From assembly GCF_009914755.1 (NCBI RefSeq), contig NC_060939.1: DNA of 64,000 nt, one strand, 5' to 3'. Positions 63,517 to 64,000 of the stretch are shown here, piece after piece. This DNA is from the human T2T-CHM13v2.0 reference genome, Homo sapiens. Under the pieces are notes generated by a model, which worked only from the letters and a program-made list of their open reading frames with translations, was not told where the DNA came from and searched no databases. The position numbers and the translations under genes were made by a program. Each line of letters begins with the position of its first letter. Position 1 is the stretch's first letter.

Positions 63517-63827
63517 ACTTGTTTGTTTGTTTTGAGACAGAGGCTTGCTCTGTTGCCCAGGCTGGAGTGCAGTGGCGTGATCATAACTCACTGCAGCTTC
63601 TAACTCCTTGAGGGATGATCCTCTCACCCAAGCCTCCTGGGTACCTAGGACTACAGGTGCACACACTAGGCTAATTTTTTTTTTTTTTTTAGAAATGAGG
63701 TCTCACTATGTTGCCCAGGCTGATGTCAAACACCTAGGCTCAAGCAATCCTCTTGCTTTGTCCTCTCAAAGTGCTGAGATTACAAGTGTGAGCCACCATG
63801 CCCAGTCAAAAACTTAACTTTGATAAC
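63517..63827 (-). mobile_element. AluJ
   Basis: Diverged reverse dimer. Confidence 0.88.
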
Positions 63828-63859
63828 ATACAAAAACTCTACACTACTTTCTGATAGTG

Positions 63860-64000
63860 AAGTGTAAGTAAATTCTTCCTAATTGGTAATTACATATTGT
63901 GTAAATGAACTAAACTCTCTAAGAGAAAGGCAGAGATTGGCAGAATAAATTAGAAACTTGTGGAACTGTATGCTGTCTACAAGAGACTCACTTTAGATTA
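63860..64000 (+). mobile_element. L1 ORF2 endonuclease 5' fragment, running off the window
   Basis: tgtaaatgaactaaactctc...ggcagagattggcagaat...tgctgtctacaagagactcactt. Confidence 0.75.

Larger units (their letters stand above)
58500..63850 (-). mobile_element. Long degenerate L1MA-type element (3'UTR through ORF2) with nested LTRs and an Alu
   Basis: Antisense ORF2 fragments ([12 protein letters not shown]...[16 protein letters not shown]; RQGCPLSPLLF; SPGSDGFTDEFYQAFKEE). Confidence 0.9.

Overview
Human genomic DNA, as shown by a consensus-like AluYa5 and other primate Alu/L1/LTR12/THE1 elements. The window is mostly interspersed repeats: about 22 Alus, many L1/L2/MIR fragments, MaLR/ERV1/ERVL/ERV9 solo LTRs and DNA-transposon relics. 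No protein-coding exon or RNA gene could be identified with confidence. The supplied ORFs are explained by repeats, simple repeats or chance. LTR orientation bias, an A-rich + strand and the strand of the best splice signals weakly suggest a large intron of an unidentified minus-strand gene. Most interesting items: (1) a non-Alu nested inverted repeat at 15.95-17.62 kb (outer stem 119/120 bp, inner stem 51/55 bp) enclosing a candidate poison exon whose donor lies inside the inner stem; (2) an 87-bp patch in one L1 that appears copied from an inverted L1 8.5 kb away; (3) candidate 6/9-nt and 21-nt microexons; (4) a G-rich 34-bp VNTR grown inside an L2; (5) a solo LTR12 and a young AluYa5. Repeat subfamily calls are from memory of consensus sequences, and most boundaries are approximate.
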